Assembly (NCBI GenBank): GCA_034670305.1
Contig: JAXMNT010000061.1
Location: 1-41,126, forward strand
Direction of reading: 5' to 3'
DNA from: Deltaproteobacteria bacterium
Lineage (GTDB): Bacteria; Myxococcota_A; Polyangia; Polyangiales; Houyiibacteriaceae
Length of the DNA: 41,126 nucleotides
The position numbers and the translations under genes are program-made. Numbering within the stretch: the first letter of the stretch is position 1; each line of letters opens with the position of its first letter. Below are positions 38,556-41,126 of this stretch, one piece after another. The notes under the pieces were generated by a model. That model saw nothing but the letters and a program-made list of their open reading frames with translations. It was not told the origin of the DNA and did no database searches.

Positions 38556-39041
38556 TCAACCCACGGCGCCCGGGTCGACGTAGTGCCCACTGCGGCCGCC
38601 CTGCTTCTCGAGCACCTTCACCTGTTCGATGGTCATGCCGCGCTCTACGGACTTGAGCATGTCGTACAGGGTAAGCGCAGCGACGCTGGCGGCCACGAGC
38701 GCTTCCATCTCGACCCCCGTGCGCCCTGTGCACCCCACTTCGCTCTCGATGCGCACCCCGTCCGATTCGACCGACACCTCGATGGAGACGCGGGTCAACG
38801 GCAGCGGGTGGCACAACGGGATGAGGTCGGCGGTTCGTTTGGCCGCGCCGATGCCCGCGATCCGCACCGTGGCGAAGACGTCGCCTTTCGGGGTGTCTCC
38901 GCGCGCCAGTCGATCGAGGGTGGGCTGCGACATCCGGACGAACGCACCCGCACGCGCCGATCGTTGGGTCGCGTCTTTGTCGCCCACGTCGACCATGCGC
39001 GCGTGCCCACGTTCGTCCAGGTGGGTGAGTTCGTCCGACAC
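38556..39041 (-). CDS. moaC: Cyclic pyranopterin monophosphate synthase
   Basis: [46 protein letters not shown] overlaps the upstream TAG. Confidence 0.97.
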   Translation of the reverse strand: MSDELTHLDERGHARMVDVGDKDATQRSARAGAFVRMSQPTLDRLARGDTPKGDVFATVRIAGIGAAKRTADLIPLCHPLPLTRVSIEVSVESDGVRIESEVGCTGRTGVEMEALVAASVAALTLYDMLKSVERGMTIEQVKVLEKQGGRSGHYVDPGAVG

Positions 39042-39523
39042 TAGAACTTCCCGGTGACCGAGAGGAACGTCATCTTGTCGTTCGTCTCGCGCAACCGGGC
39101 GGAAAGGATCTTCACGAAGTTCCACAGGATCTCGTAGGCGAGGTCCCGGTTCAGAAACAGAAGGTCTTCCAAAGCTTCCTTCGAGATCACCAGCAGTCGG
39201 CATCGCTCGTGGACCCGAGCGTCTGCACTTCGGGGGAACTCGTCGATGAGCGCCATCTCGCCGAACGCGTCGCCAGCGCTCAAGACCGCCAGCGCCTCTT
39301 CGCCCATGCCCGCGACCTCTCTCGAGATGCGGACTTTGCCTTCCAGAATGAGGTAGAGCGCGCCGCCGCCGTCGCCTTCTTTGAAGATGATGTGCCCGAG
39401 CCGGTGGCTCTCTTCGGATGCGATGGCTGCGATCTCGCGCAGGCCCGCCGGCGCGATCCCCTCGAAGAGGTGGATCTTGGCCAGAGCTTCCTCGATCTGG
39501 GCGAGGTCGGGCGCCGTGGTCAT
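39041..39523 (-). CDS. Stand-alone cyclic nucleotide-binding domain protein
   Basis: [29 protein letters not shown]. No C-terminal HTH. Confidence 0.92.
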   Translation of the reverse strand: MTTAPDLAQIEEALAKIHLFEGIAPAGLREIAAIASEESHRLGHIIFKEGDGGGALYLILEGKVRISREVAGMGEEALAVLSAGDAFGEMALIDEFPRSADARVHERCRLLVISKEALEDLLFLNRDLAYEILWNFVKILSARLRETNDKMTFLSVTGKF

Positions 39524-39747
39524 CGCAAACGACCGTATCAGCGCGCGCGCACGGGATACAGTTTTCGTGGATCGCCCGGAACTCGGTTTCGGTCGGGCCG
39601 CGCAGCTCCGGACGCCCCTCGAAGAACGGGCCGCGGTCCCCTTTCTTGGGACACTGCTTGAAACCCGCGGACGTTCCGGTCACAATGGATTCCTAAACCA
39701 CTAGCGACCGGTCGACCGGGGGGTCCCGACCGAATGAAAGGGCCACC

Positions 39748-40476
39748 GTGTCGCTGATTCGTCTGATGGAGATCTCTGAAGGGTTGATGCATGTCGACCC
39801 CGTCCGTACCTACCCGCAACGAGGCGCCGAACTGGTCGCCCGTGCCGTTCGAGTCGAACGATTCCAAGTGCGCCTCAAAGCGCTGGAGGAACCGATCCGC
39901 TCCACCCCGCCGCCGGAAACCGCGACGCCATTGGTCATGCCGATCCGGTGTGGCCGAGAGCGTCTGGGCGAGATCCGCCTCGATCTCGGCGACCGAAAGC
40001 TCGGCGAGGACGAAGTCCGAGTGGTCCGCTGGGCCGCGCGGCTCTACGCGCGCGGATTGACCTTCGCTGTGCGGCTCTCGAACGAGTCCATCCGGAGGGT
40101 TCCCGAGGAGCGTCTCGACGAGGTGCTCGCGCGAACGGCGCTGACCCGCCGAGAGTGCGAAGTGGTCCGCCTGCTGAGCGAAGGGGCGAGCACCCGGAAG
40201 ATCGCTTCCGAGACCGGGCTGACCATCAGCACGGTCAACACCTACATGAAGCGCATCTTCGCGAAGGTCGGGGTGCACTCTCGGGTCGAGCTCATTGCGC
40301 GCCTCGCGGGCACCGCGACCGCGGCCGCGCCCAAGGCGGTCAAGGCACCGGCCGAAGCGAAGTCCGAGGTCCTCCCCAAGCCGCGCGCTGTCGGGACCGC
40401 CACCAGCGCCAAGCCGAGGCGACCGACCCCCATGCCCGACTCCAAACGCGAGTCGCGCGTGTCGAGCGCCTGCTAG
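39748..40476 (+). CDS. LuxR-type HTH transcriptional regulator
   Basis: LTRRECEVVRLLSEGASTRKIA..L.IS..TVNTYMKRIFAKVGVHSRVEL. Start uncertain. Confidence 0.88.
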   Translation: MSLIRLMEISEGLMHVDPVRTYPQRGAELVARAVRVERFQVRLKALEEPIRSTPPPETATPLVMPIRCGRERLGEIRLDLGDRKLGEDEVRVVRWAARLYARGLTFAVRLSNESIRRVPEERLDEVLARTALTRRECEVVRLLSEGASTRKIASETGLTISTVNTYMKRIFAKVGVHSRVELIARLAGTATAAAPKAVKAPAEAKSEVLPKPRAVGTATSAKPRRPTPMPDSKRESRVSSAC

Positions 40477-40482
40477 CGACGG

Positions 40483-40511
40483 CGACCACCGCTCGAGCCG
40501 AGCGGTGGTCG
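40483..40511. terminator. 13-bp GC hairpin after the LuxR-type gene (possible terminator, no U-tract)
   Basis: CGACCACCGCTCG-AGC-CGAGCGGTGGTCG. Confidence 0.6.
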
Positions 40512-40516
40512 GTCAC

Positions 40517-40630
40517 TCAACGAAAACGAAGCACACCGATGTGGGTGCGCAGGTACTCGGTTCCGTCGACGTCGGCGATCACGAGCTGCACGCCCTCGAT
40601 CGCCACCTCGACGAACCGTCCTTCGGGTAA
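40517..40630 (-). pseudogene. Short coding-like fragment or small ORF
   Basis: LPEGRFVEVAIEGVQLVIADVDGTEYLRTHIGVLRFR*. Nearly all central codons end in G/C. Confidence 0.35.
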
Positions 40631-40640
40631 CCTGGCTCCG

Positions 40641-41006
40641 TTGGAACCCGAGGAGCTCACCGGTGCGCAGTTGCGAACCCTCGAGGCGCAGCTGCGCGCG
40701 CTGCTGCAGCACTTGGACGGTCTGCTGGACGGCGACGACGAATCGACGAGGCCGGTCGAACTCGACCAGACGCGGCTCGGTCGAGTTTCGCGGATCGACG
40801 CGATTCAGCAGCAGAAGATGGCGGAGGCGGCGAAACGAGACCAACGGCTGCGCAGAGCCCAAGTGCGCACCGCGCTCGAAGCCATCGAGGCCGACGAGTA
40901 CGGGTTCTGCAAACGGTGCGAAGAACCGATCGGCGTGCGCCGTCTGACCGCCAAACCGGAGACCCCCTTCTGCCTCGAGTGCCAAGGCCGCTCCGAACGC
41001 CGCTAG
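40641..41006 (+). CDS. TraR/DksA family C4 zinc-finger protein
   Basis: VELDQ..LGRVSRIDA coiled-coil tip, YGFCKRC..PI...RL.AKP....CLEC. TTG start inferred. Confidence 0.9.
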   Translation: MEPEELTGAQLRTLEAQLRALLQHLDGLLDGDDESTRPVELDQTRLGRVSRIDAIQQQKMAEAAKRDQRLRRAQVRTALEAIEADEYGFCKRCEEPIGVRRLTAKPETPFCLECQGRSERR

Positions 41007-41084
41007 CAGGTTGCTGAAGAACGCCCGCAGGGCGTTCTCGCAGCCTGCCCCTTGCCCCTGCCCTTGCCTTTGCCCTTGCCCGCG
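41003..41084 (+). repeat. CTAG-hairpin-hexamer intergenic element, copy C
   Basis: CTAGCAGGTTGCTGAAG..., nested stem AGAACGCCC-GCA-GGGCGTTCT, GCAGCCTGC, then CCCTTG CCCCTG CCCTTG CCTTTG CCCTTG CCCGCG. Confidence 0.8.
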
Positions 41085-41086
41085 GA

Positions 41087-41125
41087 TCAGCGGTCAGATC
41101 GCTTGATCAGCGCGACGAGCATCGC
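41087..41125 (-). CDS. 3' end of a truncated gene, possibly a four-helix-bundle protein
   Basis: Reads AMLVALIKRSDR*. Only 12 residues visible. Confidence 0.3.
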   Translation of the reverse strand, partial: AMLVALIKRSDR

Positions 41126-41126
41126 G

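Noticed and set aside
39701-39719. CTAG followed by overlapping palindromes CGACCGGTCG / CCGGTCGACCGG
   Set aside because: No loop or hexamer tract. Short GC palindromes are expected by chance at this composition.
62-41084. Whole window as a composite transposon or island bounded by inverted copies A and C
   Set aside because: The cargo is housekeeping (dnaK, lipA, moaC, ribosomal proteins) and there is no transposase or integrase. Repeats at both edges more likely reflect assembly breaks or chance.

Overview
High-GC, gene-dense bacterial chromosomal segment. The gene content (FHA-sigma54 activator, HRDVSP-type Ser/Thr kinases, Cys-rich vWA lipoprotein, DUF4388-like proteins) points to Myxococcota, probably Polyangia/Sandaracinaceae-like; this is an inference. 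About 38 CDSs are supported. They include a rhomboid protease, a DEAD/DEAH helicase, signalling genes, a lipA-E1alpha-E1beta-E2 2-oxoacid dehydrogenase operon, a GT2, an S8 protease, a pseudokinase, an MBL hydrolase, a zinc-free rpsN-rpmG-rpmB operon, an orphan Flp-like pilin, HIT/SMUG1/SufE, two DUF1517-like proteins, dnaK, a flippase, PAP2, a K+ channel, moaC, a cNMP-binding protein, a LuxR-type regulator and a DksA/TraR-family protein. I saw no rRNA, tRNA, CRISPR array, transposase or integrase. The most unusual unannotated signal is a three-copy intergenic element built as CTAG + hairpin + (CCC[G/T]TG)n tract at 62-125, 14671-14773 and 41003-41084. Also notable are in-frame NCCGAN hexamer expansions inside three unrelated genes. 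All family calls come from motif recognition by eye; no searches were run.
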